A stretch of 64,000 nucleotides of DNA from Promethearchaeia archaeon. GTDB lineage: Archaea > Asgardarchaeota > Lokiarchaeia > Sigyniarchaeales > SOKP01. Under the pieces are notes generated by a model. That model was not told the DNA's origin and made no database searches. It worked only from the letters and a program-made list of their open reading frames with translations. The position numbers and the translations under genes are program-made. Positions 18,592 through 28,950 of this stretch are shown piece after piece (position 1 is the first letter of the stretch; every line of letters starts with the position of its first letter). Location: positions 416,001-480,000 of the forward strand of contig JAHQWK010000001.1 in NCBI GenBank assembly GCA_029856145.1, given 5' to 3'.

Positions 18592-19662
18592 ATGAGTGAA
18601 ATCAAATCAAAACTTTTAGTTGTTTCCGATATTCATTTAGGTTCTTTGGACAGTGAAATAGACCTCTTTACTCAATTTTTGAGAGATATAATTAAAGGAG
18701 AATTTGGGAATGAGTTACAAGTTTTAATATTATTGGGTGATTTTATTGATTTATGCACTGATCTTCCTGAAACTCTTTTAAAAAGGGAAAAGGTTCAAGA
18801 AATTTTTACACTTTTACTTGAGATTAAGAAAAAAATGAATCTCATTTATGTACTTGGAAATCATGAAATTCCTATTACTGGAGATTATGATAAAAAGTTT
18901 AATCGCAGAAAAGAAAAGTTTTTAGCCAAATTTAGGAATAGCAATTTCAATGATTTGTTTAATGAGGAAATATTCTGTCAATACGTAATATTAAAAAAGT
19001 GGAACAATAATGATATGCTTTTGATGTATACTTCACGAGATCAAATTGAGAACAACCCTATTAATAAAGTAAAAATAGAGGGACTTGATTTAGATGAAGA
19101 TTATAGGTGTTTTATGCTGCATGGATACCAATGTGATAGTGAGATATATCGATTTTTTGTAGGACAAATATGGAAATCATTAATCTCTAATAATAAGTTT
19201 GAAGTCAAAGAGACTTATGATTATTTCTGGAATGAAGTAATAAAGAATGGCAGAAAAATTAAACCTATCACATTTGAAAACATGAAATATGAATTAGCCA
19301 AGTTAAAAAATGTATCTTTAGAATTCTTAGAAACACTTTTTTCAGAGTTAAGTATTTTAGAATTTAATTTAATTAAAGCAAATATGCGAATAATGAAAAA
19401 ATGGCAACGTGCAAGTAAATCTGATTATTATTTTGATGAAATAAAAGCATTTTTTGAGGATAAAGACTATAATTTTTCAAAAATAAATCATATTATATAT
19501 GGTCATTCTCATCACAGTGGAATGGCTTATGGAAATATAAACAATCAGAGAGTAGAAATAATAAATGATGGTGCTTGGCAACATGTGCAACCCTCTTATG
19601 TTGAAATTCTCTCAAAAGGAAAGTTAAATTTAAGATCTTTTTCAAATATTCTCAAATCTTAA
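18592..19662 (+). CDS. Calcineurin-like metallophosphoesterase (LpxH-like)
   Basis: SDIHLG, GDFID, GNHE, HG, GHSH, NDGAW motifs. Confidence 0.88.
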   Translation: MSEIKSKLLVVSDIHLGSLDSEIDLFTQFLRDIIKGEFGNELQVLILLGDFIDLCTDLPETLLKREKVQEIFTLLLEIKKKMNLIYVLGNHEIPITGDYDKKFNRRKEKFLAKFRNSNFNDLFNEEIFCQYVILKKWNNNDMLLMYTSRDQIENNPINKVKIEGLDLDEDYRCFMLHGYQCDSEIYRFFVGQIWKSLISNNKFEVKETYDYFWNEVIKNGRKIKPITFENMKYELAKLKNVSLEFLETLFSELSILEFNLIKANMRIMKKWQRASKSDYYFDEIKAFFEDKDYNFSKINHIIYGHSHHSGMAYGNINNQRVEIINDGAWQHVQPSYVEILSKGKLNLRSFSNILKS

Positions 19663-19791
19663 AGAAGAATAGAATTTGTATACTTTTCAACACTAATTTA
19701 TTTTTATATGTTCAAAACCTATAAATCCCAGCTTTTATTTTTAATTATTAAGTTTAGTTTTTTTTTTAAGTATAATAAAACTTTTAACCTT

Positions 19792-20400
19792 ATGTTTGAG
19801 CGTATATATACTCCTTCTGAGATGAACAGCAAAGAAAAACCAGTTTATATTTTTAAAATCACAATTTTGGGACAGGAACGTGTAGGGAAAACGTGTATTG
19901 CTAGGCGATTATGTTTTGATACATTTGATGTGAATACAAAAGAAACGTTAGGAATCGAATTCTATACAAAAGATCTTCCTATTATTGTTAATGGTGAAGA
20001 ATCATTCGTGCGACTTAGTATATGGGATTTTGGTGGACGAGAACAATTCAAAAAGTTATTTCCATATTATATTAATGGCGCTAATGGAATTTTTATGGTT
20101 TTTGATTTAATAGATCTTCAAACTTTATTAAGATTAGACTGGTGGTATGAGAGATTAACAGATTATAGTCACGCCCATACTCCTAGAGTGTGCATTGGAG
20201 CAAAGAACGATCTAGTTAAAACTGCAAATGAGAAATCTAAAGTAGACGATCTCGTCATTAAGAGATTTATGGAAAGACATGAAGAAAATGATTTTTATAA
20301 AACTTCTTCGAAAGAAAATTATAATATTGAATTGGTTTTTAAAGAACTTGTAATTAAGATATTAGAGAAAAATAAACTGGATTTTGATCGATTATCATAA
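19792..20400 (+). CDS. Rab-like small GTPase (divergent)
   Basis: GQERVGKT, TLGIEF, WDFGGRE, AKND, TSSK. Start at ATG 19792 or 19822. Confidence 0.88.
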   Translation: MFERIYTPSEMNSKEKPVYIFKITILGQERVGKTCIARRLCFDTFDVNTKETLGIEFYTKDLPIIVNGEESFVRLSIWDFGGREQFKKLFPYYINGANGIFMVFDLIDLQTLLRLDWWYERLTDYSHAHTPRVCIGAKNDLVKTANEKSKVDDLVIKRFMERHEENDFYKTSSKENYNIELVFKELVIKILEKNKLDFDRLS

Positions 20401-20473
20401 AAAAGTAATCAAATCCTATTTCTTAGGGTTAAAATTTGCCGTTTGAGCAATATTATAAATAGTTATTTCTAAC

Positions 20474-21439
20474 TCATATTAGGATAATTACTACTCCCAA
20501 AATAGTTAATATAACCCCAATAAAGCCAAACCTAGAAATACTCTCCTTATTTACAAGATAAGTTAAAGGAAGAGCAAATAATGGGCTTGTAGTTGCTATT
20601 AATGAAACTACATTTGCTCCTGCTAGATGTACGGATTCAGTATATAAATATGCTCCCAATGAAGTTCCTATTATTGAGCCAATTAATAAAAACATCCATG
20701 AGCGTACTGATTTCTTCTGATAAGATGTATTATTATTTTTTTTTAACGAATAATTTTCTCTTAATACCATTGAACCCAAAATTATTAAGGCAAATGGAAA
20801 CCTAATAAGATTCCCTATAACAGAGCTTAGTTCTTCAATAAGTATAATTTGATCTATCTGGAGTATTGCAAATTCAATTAATACAGCACCAATAGCCCAC
20901 CCGATAGATGCTGTAAAACAAAATCCTATTGCTTTTTTATAATTTTTTTTAAAAATTTCGTGTATTGATTGATCCATAATATGGTTCTTCTTCTGTTTTG
21001 CATTCTCAGAGGTGTTTTTTGATTTTCCAATAATAATTACTCCAACACCAATCAAGATCAGAGATAAAACCAAATTTAGCTTAAATGCTTGATTCAAAAA
21101 GATTAGAGATAATATGAAAGTAAAAAGGGGAAATGTCATCGAAATAGCAAGAGCTATCGTAGTTCCTAATTCTTTTTGAGCAGTAAAATAAGCAGTATCC
21201 CCAATCACTTGACCAAACACAAAACTTAGAATTAATAACAACCATAATTCCCAGGGTATTATGAAGATAAGATTTAATTGATTTAAGAATAAAACAATCA
21301 AAATGAATGATAGAGTACCTATTGCTGTTCGAAAAAAATTTATAAAAGTTGGACTTACTTCATTTTCAGTCTTACGAAAAATAACATTAGACACTACAAA
21401 TGTTAGTACTGCTGAAATTGCGATAAATTCTCCTAACAT
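20474..21439 (-). CDS. DMT/EamA family transporter
   Basis: Two EamA repeats, ~10 TM segments, PLF motifs. Confidence 0.88.
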   Translation of the reverse strand: MLGEFIAISAVLTFVVSNVIFRKTENEVSPTFINFFRTAIGTLSFILIVLFLNQLNLIFIIPWELWLLLILSFVFGQVIGDTAYFTAQKELGTTIALAISMTFPLFTFILSLIFLNQAFKLNLVLSLILIGVGVIIIGKSKNTSENAKQKKNHIMDQSIHEIFKKNYKKAIGFCFTASIGWAIGAVLIEFAILQIDQIILIEELSSVIGNLIRFPFALIILGSMVLRENYSLKKNNNTSYQKKSVRSWMFLLIGSIIGTSLGAYLYTESVHLAGANVVSLIATTSPLFALPLTYLVNKESISRFGFIGVILTILGVVIILI

Positions 21440-21480
21440 TGATTATGCAAATTAAAGAATACATAAATTGTTTTGTATTG

Positions 21481-22089
21481 TTATTCTTCTTTACCCATTT
21501 TATCTTCAATCGTTAAAGTTAAATCTGTATTACAATTATAGCAAATTTTTGGGAAAGACTCGAACTCTACTCCACATTTTGGGCAAGTTATTTTACCTGC
21601 ACTTGCAATATCATGTAAATCTTCCATTCGTTGCTCAATTTTTGATCTTAAGATTTTTTTAATAATAAAGGAGAGGCCAATTGAAAGAATAATTATTTCA
21701 ATTCCAAGCAGAATTGTATACATAAAATGAAATGGAAAATGAGAATTAAAATACACAGGTGAATGTTTGAATAAAAACACATAAAGAAAAAAATTTGGAA
21801 AGAAGAATGTTAGCAAATTCATTGAATAGGATTTTTTAAAATCACGATAAATAAATATTGGAATTAATGACACTGATATCCAAATTAAATGAATAAAAAA
21901 TAAACCAGGTAATATATCAAACAAAGTGTAGTTAGCAAAAAATTGTATTAGTACTTTTTGCTCGGGTGTTGTTTCTATATCAAAGCTAAGATTAATATGA
22001 TAACCAAAATAAAATACAATTAAATTTAATATTAAGGTTTGAATTGAAAAGAGGACAAGTTTATTTCTAAAAACTTCAATAATTTTCAT
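21481..22089 (-). CDS. Membrane protein with C-terminal zinc ribbon
   Basis: 4 TM segments, then CPKCG...ICYNC. Confidence 0.75.
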   Translation of the reverse strand: MKIIEVFRNKLVLFSIQTLILNLIVFYFGYHINLSFDIETTPEQKVLIQFFANYTLFDILPGLFFIHLIWISVSLIPIFIYRDFKKSYSMNLLTFFFPNFFLYVFLFKHSPVYFNSHFPFHFMYTILLGIEIIILSIGLSFIIKKILRSKIEQRMEDLHDIASAGKITCPKCGVEFESFPKICYNCNTDLTLTIEDKMGKEE

Positions 22090-22206
22090 TAATAATTATC
22101 TAAATATTTCAAAAAATTAAACTCTTCTAAATAAATCCTGATTTTAAAATAGTTCTATTAAAAAAAAAAGAATAAAAAGTAAAAATTTTTTTTAAAGGAT
22201 CTATTC

Positions 22207-22368
22207 TCAAGGATTTTTCTTAAATTTCTTCTTTGATATAAATACAATTGTAATTCCAACTAATGAAGCCACAGCTAGAATCTCTATTTGATATCCCTGA
22301 ATTAAAGGTTCTTCTTTTAAAACTCTGAAGTAGGTTCTAAAAACTCTGCTCTTTTGGTAGGATTTCAT
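22207..22368 (-). CDS. 53-aa membrane peptide resembling a stand-alone Loki-CTERM-type sorting signal
   Basis: MKSYQKSRVFRTYFRVLKEEPLIQGYQIEILAVASLVGITIVFISKKKFKKNP*: IxGY motif, TM helix, Lys cluster; AGGGT upstream. Confidence 0.5.
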   Translation of the reverse strand: MKSYQKSRVFRTYFRVLKEEPLIQGYQIEILAVASLVGITIVFISKKKFKKNP

Positions 22369-22633
22369 TTTTATTGTACCCTTTTTTTACATTAAAGTTT
22401 ATATAAAATAGCAAAAACAGATTTATCTATTTAAATCTATTTGAAATTTAAAAATGCCCAAAACAGTAAAATTTTTAATATTTGCTATCTTTATTTATGT
22501 ACAGTGGAAGACTCGTATTCTTATTTTTTAAAAATAGCATATTATAACCATTATAAAGGATGTTTTCTCCCATGATTTACGCTTCTTCTTTAAATTCTAT
22601 TTATGAAAGTATTATTTTAGAGGTATTTAGCTT

Positions 22634-25561
22634 ATGAGTTATACATTTTCAAGGACAAAAATGATTGAAAAGATTAAATTTGGGCTTTTAAGTCCTGATG
22701 AAATCCGTAAAATGTCAGCGGCACGTATAATTACCGCAGATACATATGATGAGGACGGTCTCCCGATCCCGAGCGGACTTATGGACCAAAGACTAGGTAC
22801 AATCGAACCAGGTCAGCGTTGTCAAACTTGTGGTAATCTTGTAAGTAATTGTATGGGTCATTTTGGTCATATTGAGCTCGCTAGACCAGTTATACATGTA
22901 GGTTATGCAAAAAAAGTTTTAAAAGTTTTGCGCAGTATTTGTCCAGAATGCTCTCGTTTAATGCTTACAGATGAGGAAAAAGAGATGTTTAGAGAAGAAC
23001 AAGCTAAGCATCGAAAAATTTTCTTTGAAGGAGACGAAGATGCTGCAAAAATTGTCTTTAAACGAGCAAGAAAGACAAAAACCTGCCCTTATTGTGGAGC
23101 ACTAAAGAAAAAAATAATTATTGAGAAACCAACAACTTTTTATGAAGAAGAAGAAGGAAAAGGTTCACGGAGAATAACACCTATAGAGATTTTAGAACGT
23201 TTAAAAAAGATGAGTGATGTTGATCTTAGGATCCTCGGAATTTCTCCTGAGAACGCTCGTCTTGAATGGATTGTTTTTACAGTTTTACCAATTCCTCCTG
23301 TATGTGCTAGACCATCTATTACCTTAGATAGTGGTATTCGTTCTGAAGATGATTTGACACATAAATTAGTTGATGTTATTAGAATCAACCAAAGATTAAG
23401 AGAAAACATAGATGCAGGAGCGCCTCATTTAATAGTTGAAGACCTCTGGGAATTATTACAGTACCATATTACAACATATTTTGATAATCAAGTATCTGGT
23501 ATACCTCCTGCTAGACATCGATCTGGCAGAGCGCTTAGAACCCTAACTCAAAGGTTAAAAGGTAAAGAAGGAAGATTTAGAAGTAACTTGAGTGGTAAAA
23601 GAGTTGATTTCTCTGCTCGTAGTGTAATATCACCAAATCCTTATATTAGTATTAATGAAGTAGGTGTTCCAATAGAAATAGCAAAAATTTTAACTATACC
23701 TACTAATGTTAATGATTGGAATATTGAAGAGATGAAACAAATGGTCTTGAATGGACCTTTTAAACATCCAGGAGCCAATTATATTATTCGGAATGATCGT
23801 AGAAGAATCGACCTTCGGTATGTAAAAAATCGGAAGATTATTGCTGATATGCTTGCGGCAGGCTTTACAATTGAACGTCATCTGAATAACGGAGATTTAG
23901 TATTATTTAATCGTCAACCTTCTCTTCATAGGATGTCAATAATGGCTCATGAAGTAAAGATAATGGAAGGAAGAACATTTCGGTTAAACTTAACTGTATG
24001 TCCACCATATAATGCTGATTTTGATGGAGACGAAATGAATTTGCACGTACCTCAAAGCGAAGAAGCCCGTACAGAAGCAGAACTACTTCTTAAAGTTCAA
24101 GAACATATATTATCTCCGAGATTTGGTGGACCTATATTAGGTGGCATTCAGGATTTTATTTCAAGTGTATTCCAATTTACAAGTAAAGATTCTTTATATA
24201 CAAAAAAAGATACATTAAAATTATTATATACTGGAGATTTATTTGAAAATAATCCTAATTTTAGCTTGGATCAGATCACTCCTGTGATAAATGACCCAGA
24301 GCCAATGTATTCTGGAAAGGATATCTTCAGTACATTATTTCCAGATGATCTTAATATTAGAGTAAAATCAAAGTTCTGTAAAAAATGCGAAGTTTGTGAA
24401 GAAGAAGAGTGTGCTTATGATGCATATGTTGTAATTAAAAATGGTCATTTGATAACAGGAACTATTGATGAGAACTCTTTCGGAGCTATGCAATCAAATA
24501 GTATATTACAACGTATTATTAAGGATCATGGTAACGCACGAGGTAGGATATTTTTAGACAGTGCAACAAAGATGCTTTTATATGTTATTCGACAGAATGG
24601 AATGACTATGGGATTGGACGAAGTCTATGTGCATGGACATGCTGCTAAAGCAATCCAAAAAATATTAAAGGAAGCAAATGAGGAATCTGAAAAATTAATT
24701 ACTGCTTTTAATGAGAATGATACAAAAATTCTTAGAAGAGCTCCTGGCCGTTCAATGAGAGAAACTTTAGAATTAAGAATCCGGCAAGTATTAGCAGAAG
24801 CTAGAAAAAAAGCAGAAGAAACTGCAGCAGAATTCATTGGAGATGAAGCTCATTCTGTCATTATGACCAAATCTGGAGCTAGAGGTAATATATTAAACCT
24901 AGGACAGATGTCCGCTGTTGTAGGACAACAAGCAATTAGAGGAGAAAGAATTAATCGAGGATATAGTATGAGAACGCTGCCTCATTTTAAAATAAATGAT
25001 CTCTCGCCTAAATCGAGGGGATTTGTTTCTTCTTCCTATAGAAATGGATTAAAACCAGTAGAATTCTTTTTTCATGCTATGGGGGGAAGAGAAGGATTAG
25101 TTGATACAGCTGTAAGAACTTCCACATCGGGATATATGCAACGTAGATTGGTGAATGCATTACAGGATATGGTTGTCGAAAATGATGGCACTGTCAGAAA
25201 CTCTGATAAAAATGTAATCCAATTCTGCTTTGGAGATGATGGCATTGATGCAATGCATACTGATCATGGTGCTGCGGTGAATTTAGATGTTTTATTATTA
25301 AAAGCTAAAGCTCTGAATGTTGATGAGGTACGTGAAGAGATTAAAAAGGGATCTACAACAAAAAAAACAGCGCCTAAGAAAAAAGCTGTTTCTGAGAAAA
25401 AACTTGTTGAAAAAGCTGAAACTAAAGAAAAACCGGAAAAAAAAGAATTTGATGAAGATTCCTTAAAACAACAATTTGAGGAAGAAACCGGGAAAAAAGC
25501 AGTGTGGAGAGGTAAAGAAACTAAAACATATTTAGAATGGAAAGAAAAACAAATAAATTAA
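22634..25561 (+). CDS. rpo1N: RNA polymerase subunit Rpo1N (A')
   Basis: C.GHFGHIELA.PV.H, GKRVDFSARSVI, YNADFDGDEMN active site, GGREGLVDTAVRT..SGY.QRRL. Confidence 0.98.
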   Translation: MSYTFSRTKMIEKIKFGLLSPDEIRKMSAARIITADTYDEDGLPIPSGLMDQRLGTIEPGQRCQTCGNLVSNCMGHFGHIELARPVIHVGYAKKVLKVLRSICPECSRLMLTDEEKEMFREEQAKHRKIFFEGDEDAAKIVFKRARKTKTCPYCGALKKKIIIEKPTTFYEEEEGKGSRRITPIEILERLKKMSDVDLRILGISPENARLEWIVFTVLPIPPVCARPSITLDSGIRSEDDLTHKLVDVIRINQRLRENIDAGAPHLIVEDLWELLQYHITTYFDNQVSGIPPARHRSGRALRTLTQRLKGKEGRFRSNLSGKRVDFSARSVISPNPYISINEVGVPIEIAKILTIPTNVNDWNIEEMKQMVLNGPFKHPGANYIIRNDRRRIDLRYVKNRKIIADMLAAGFTIERHLNNGDLVLFNRQPSLHRMSIMAHEVKIMEGRTFRLNLTVCPPYNADFDGDEMNLHVPQSEEARTEAELLLKVQEHILSPRFGGPILGGIQDFISSVFQFTSKDSLYTKKDTLKLLYTGDLFENNPNFSLDQITPVINDPEPMYSGKDIFSTLFPDDLNIRVKSKFCKKCEVCEEEECAYDAYVVIKNGHLITGTIDENSFGAMQSNSILQRIIKDHGNARGRIFLDSATKMLLYVIRQNGMTMGLDEVYVHGHAAKAIQKILKEANEESEKLITAFNENDTKILRRAPGRSMRETLELRIRQVLAEARKKAEETAAEFIGDEAHSVIMTKSGARGNILNLGQMSAVVGQQAIRGERINRGYSMRTLPHFKINDLSPKSRGFVSSSYRNGLKPVEFFFHAMGGREGLVDTAVRTSTSGYMQRRLVNALQDMVVENDGTVRNSDKNVIQFCFGDDGIDAMHTDHGAAVNLDVLLLKAKALNVDEVREEIKKGSTTKKTAPKKKAVSEKKLVEKAETKEKPEKKEFDEDSLKQQFEEETGKKAVWRGKETKTYLEWKEKQIN

Positions 25562-25588
25562 GAAAATTAAATTAAAAGGAAGATATTA

Positions 25589-26794
25589 ATGGTAAAAGTA
25601 ACTCCAAAGTTTTTAGATGATCAATTAGAAGTTTTAAAAGAAGATGGTATTCCTGAAGATTTAATAGACAGAATAAGAGAGAAGGTAAAAGATGAGGATT
25701 TAGAAATAGAACAACTTGAATATCTATTAAATAAAATCTATATTAATTATAATAATGCTATTGTAGAAACTTCAGAACCTGTCGGTACTGTAGCAGCACA
25801 ATCAATTGGCGAACCAGGAACACAAATGACACTAAGAACCTTCCACTATGCAGGAGTAGAAGAATTCTCAGTAACACAAGGATTACCTCGACTAATTGAA
25901 ATCGTAGATGCACGTCGTTTTCCAAGTACACCACAAATGGCTGTGCATCTTGAAAAACCTTATTCGGAATCTGAAGAGAAAGCAATTGAAGTACATAATC
26001 GAATTGAGCAAATCCGTGTAGAACAAATTATTCATGATATAGATTTAGATTTTGTTAATTGGAATATTGTTATTAACTTAATCCCTGAAATTTGTGAGAA
26101 AAAAGGGATCGATCTTGATGAAATACCAGAAATTTTAAAACGGTATAAGAAAAAGGGAACAATTAAACGTGAAGGAAATTCTATTATTATCGATCCAGGC
26201 ATAGAAGATCTACAGAGTCTGCAAAAATTAAGAGAAAAGATCCTTAAAAAAGTTGTAAAAGGGGTAAGGGGTGTAAAAAGAGGTTTATTAACTCCTTCAG
26301 ATGATGGAGAAGAATGGGTAATTAAGACCGAAGGTACTAATATGCATGGTGTTATCCAAATAGAGGGAGTTGATGTAACAAAAACCGTATCAAATCATAT
26401 TCACGAAATAGAAAAACTATATGGAATCGAAGCAGCACGTCAAATGATAATAGTAGAATCTCAAAAAGTGCTTGAACAACAAGGATTAGATGTAGATTTA
26501 AGACATCTTTTAATTTTGGCAGACCTAATGTGTTATTCAGGATCCATTCAATCTATTGGAAGACACGGAATCTCAGGTTCTAAGTCTAGTGTGTTCGCTC
26601 GAGCAGCCTTTGAAGTTACAGTTAATCAATTACTTGATGCTGGGCTTTATGGAGAAGAGGAGCGATTAAAAGGGATTCCCGAGAATGTAATTGTAGGGCA
26701 AATCAGCCCTATAGGTACGGGTCGTGTGAGTGTAATGTTTGATCTTGATGCTAATATAGATTTATTAAAAAAGAAGAAGAAAAGACATAGTTAA
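25589..26794 (+). CDS. rpo1C: RNA polymerase subunit Rpo1C (A'')
   Basis: [46 protein letters not shown]. Confidence 0.98.
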   Translation: MVKVTPKFLDDQLEVLKEDGIPEDLIDRIREKVKDEDLEIEQLEYLLNKIYINYNNAIVETSEPVGTVAAQSIGEPGTQMTLRTFHYAGVEEFSVTQGLPRLIEIVDARRFPSTPQMAVHLEKPYSESEEKAIEVHNRIEQIRVEQIIHDIDLDFVNWNIVINLIPEICEKKGIDLDEIPEILKRYKKKGTIKREGNSIIIDPGIEDLQSLQKLREKILKKVVKGVRGVKRGLLTPSDDGEEWVIKTEGTNMHGVIQIEGVDVTKTVSNHIHEIEKLYGIEAARQMIIVESQKVLEQQGLDVDLRHLLILADLMCYSGSIQSIGRHGISGSKSSVFARAAFEVTVNQLLDAGLYGEEERLKGIPENVIVGQISPIGTGRVSVMFDLDANIDLLKKKKKRHS

Positions 26795-26895
26795 CCGAAA
26801 ACTTTTAATTTAGATGAAATAACTTAAACGTGCCTAAAAAAATTAAAAAGGTACCATTCTTTTTACTTATTATATAGAAACTGTTTGAATATACC

Positions 26896-27270
26896 ATGGC
26901 AAAGAGAAAAACTAAAACTTCCATTGAGAAAGTTGATCTTAGTAGGAAAAAAACAAAGGAATTTGATGTAGATACCAATATCAAAGTTACTTATAAAACT
27001 GGTAAAATTATTTATGGTAAGAATCAAATTCTTAAAAGTTTGCATAGAGAAAATCCCTATAAAATGCTTATTGTGAGCAATAATTGCCCAACAGAATTGA
27101 TAGATGAGCTAGATAATTATAATTATCTTCTAAAAGATAAGATTTTTATTTATAAATATAAAGGTTCAAGCTGGGATTTAGGGTTAGCTTTAGCCAAACC
27201 TTATATGATCTCTGTTATAGGTGTAATTGATTTTGGAGATTCAGACTTAATTTCTTTAAAAACTAAATGA
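26896..27270 (+). CDS. rpl30e: 50S ribosomal protein eL30
   Basis: TGK...G, NNCP, Y.GSS.DLG....KPY.IS...V.D.G.SD; operon position. Confidence 0.93.
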   Translation: MAKRKTKTSIEKVDLSRKKTKEFDVDTNIKVTYKTGKIIYGKNQILKSLHRENPYKMLIVSNNCPTELIDELDNYNYLLKDKIFIYKYKGSSWDLGLALAKPYMISVIGVIDFGDSDLISLKTK

Positions 27271-27295
27271 ACTTAACAAGTGACTAGGTTTTTTC

Positions 27296-27772
27296 ATGTT
27301 AAAAAAGAATATAAAAATTGACCGGGAAGCAATGGAACTGATCTCACTATTTAATAACATCTCGGGTGCCATCATTAAAGATTGTCTTATCTTTAAATCT
27401 CCTGAAAATGGCTCTGAAATTGTTATATTTTTAGTAAAAGAAGAGGATGTCGGAAAAGCAATTGGAAAAGCTGGCGAACACGTTAAAGACTTAAAATCAA
27501 AACTCCAAAAAAAGATTGATGTAATCGCTTTCTCAGAAAATTTAAACAAATTCATCCAAAATATCTTGCAAACAACTAAAAATTCAATAGTGGTTCAAAA
27601 TATTGAAATAAAAGAAAATAGAAACCAAAAGAAAACTGTAATTATCACCGTAAGGCCTCAAGATCGTGGAAAAGCCATTGGTAAAGACGGTTCCATGATA
27701 AGGAAAATTAAAGAATTAGTATTAAGGTATTTCGAAGTTGATAATGTAATTATCAACACTAAAAATATCTAA
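27296..27772 (+). CDS. nusA: Archaeal NusA (two KH domains)
   Basis: Two GKAIGK.G KH motifs; operon position. Confidence 0.93.
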   Translation: MLKKNIKIDREAMELISLFNNISGAIIKDCLIFKSPENGSEIVIFLVKEEDVGKAIGKAGEHVKDLKSKLQKKIDVIAFSENLNKFIQNILQTTKNSIVVQNIEIKENRNQKKTVIITVRPQDRGKAIGKDGSMIRKIKELVLRYFEVDNVIINTKNI

Positions 27773-27883
27773 AAATTCTTTTAGAAATTATATTTGCCTC
27801 TAACTATACATAAATTTTAAGTTTAAGGAAACATTTTTTCTACTACTAAAGTTCTATCAATTAATAATTAGTAGGTGTTAAAT

Positions 27884-28318
27884 ATAGGTAGCCCAAAAGG
27901 TTTATATGCAGCTCGAAAACTTCAAGCCAACCGAAAGAAGTATCGATGGTCTAAGACAAAGTATAAAAGAAGAAAACTCCAATTAAAGAAAAAGGTCGAC
28001 CCTCTCGAAGGAGCATGCCAGGCTCTTGGTATTGTTCTTCAGAAAGTTGGTCGTGAGAGTAAACAACCAAACTCAGCAATTCGGAAGTGTGTGCGTATCC
28101 AATTAAAGAAAAACGGAAAATCAGTTACAGCGTTCTTACCCGGAGATGGTGCATTAAACTTTATAGAAGAACATGATAGAGTAATTGTCGAAGGAATTGG
28201 GGGAGCAAAAGGACGTTCCATTGGAGATCTCCCTGGAGTGCGTTATAAAGTTGTTAAAGTTAATGGTGTTAGTTTGGAGGCTTTACTCCAAGGGAAGAAA
28301 GAAAAGCCACTACGCTAA
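27884..28318 (+). CDS. rps12: 30S ribosomal protein uS12 (probable ATA start; alternative GTG 27875)
   Basis: [41 protein letters not shown]. Confidence 0.96.
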   Translation: MGSPKGLYAARKLQANRKKYRWSKTKYKRRKLQLKKKVDPLEGACQALGIVLQKVGRESKQPNSAIRKCVRIQLKKNGKSVTAFLPGDGALNFIEEHDRVIVEGIGGAKGRSIGDLPGVRYKVVKVNGVSLEALLQGKKEKPLR

Positions 28319-28332
28319 AGAGGTTATAAATT

Positions 28333-28950
28333 ATGAGTAAGGCAAAGAAGGAAATAAAACTATTCAATAAATGGTCTTTTTCAGAGATTCAGGTTAATGA
28401 TAGAACGCTCGAGGTTTATATTAATTTGAAACCTATTATTGTACCCCATTCAGCTGGGAGACACGAACATAAAAGATTCTGGAAAACTTCTAGAGTTTCA
28501 ATAATTGAAAGATTTACTAATAGATTACTTTCTCCTGGTTTTATCAGTGGTAAAATTAGGGGTCATAAAAGTTCTCATAATTCTGGCAAAAAATTCAAAT
28601 TATTAAGAAGTATAGAGAATGCTTTCATTTTAATCGAATTACTCACTGACCAAAACCCTATACAAATCTTAATAGATGCAATAATTAATACTGCACCTAG
28701 AGAAGAAACCACTAAAATTGCAATGGGCGGAATTAGCTATGCGTCAGCAGTGGATATTGCGCCACAGCGCCGAGTTGATTTAGGTATTAAGTATCTTGTT
28801 CAAGCAATAGGAGCTAGATCCCATTCTAATGTCAAACAGTTTGAAGAAAATCTAGCACAAGAATTAATGCTAGCAGCGAATAATAGCCAAGAATCTAGAG
28901 CTGTGAAGCGGAAGGATGAAATCGAAAGAATAGCAGTTTCTGCGAGATAA
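28333..28950 (+). CDS. rps7: 30S ribosomal protein uS7
   Basis: LFNKW, PHSAGRH, APREETT, VDIAPQRRVD, KDEIERIA.SAR. Confidence 0.97.
   Translation: MSKAKKEIKLFNKWSFSEIQVNDRTLEVYINLKPIIVPHSAGRHEHKRFWKTSRVSIIERFTNRLLSPGFISGKIRGHKSSHNSGKKFKLLRSIENAFILIELLTDQNPIQILIDAIINTAPREETTKIAMGGISYASAVDIAPQRRVDLGIKYLVQAIGARSHSNVKQFEENLAQELMLAANNSQESRAVKRKDEIERIAVSAR

Noticed and set aside
22207-22368. SecE/Sec61-gamma identity for the 53-aa membrane peptide
   Set aside because: Has RVLK but lacks the following KP...EF motif and is not in the secE-spt5 context.
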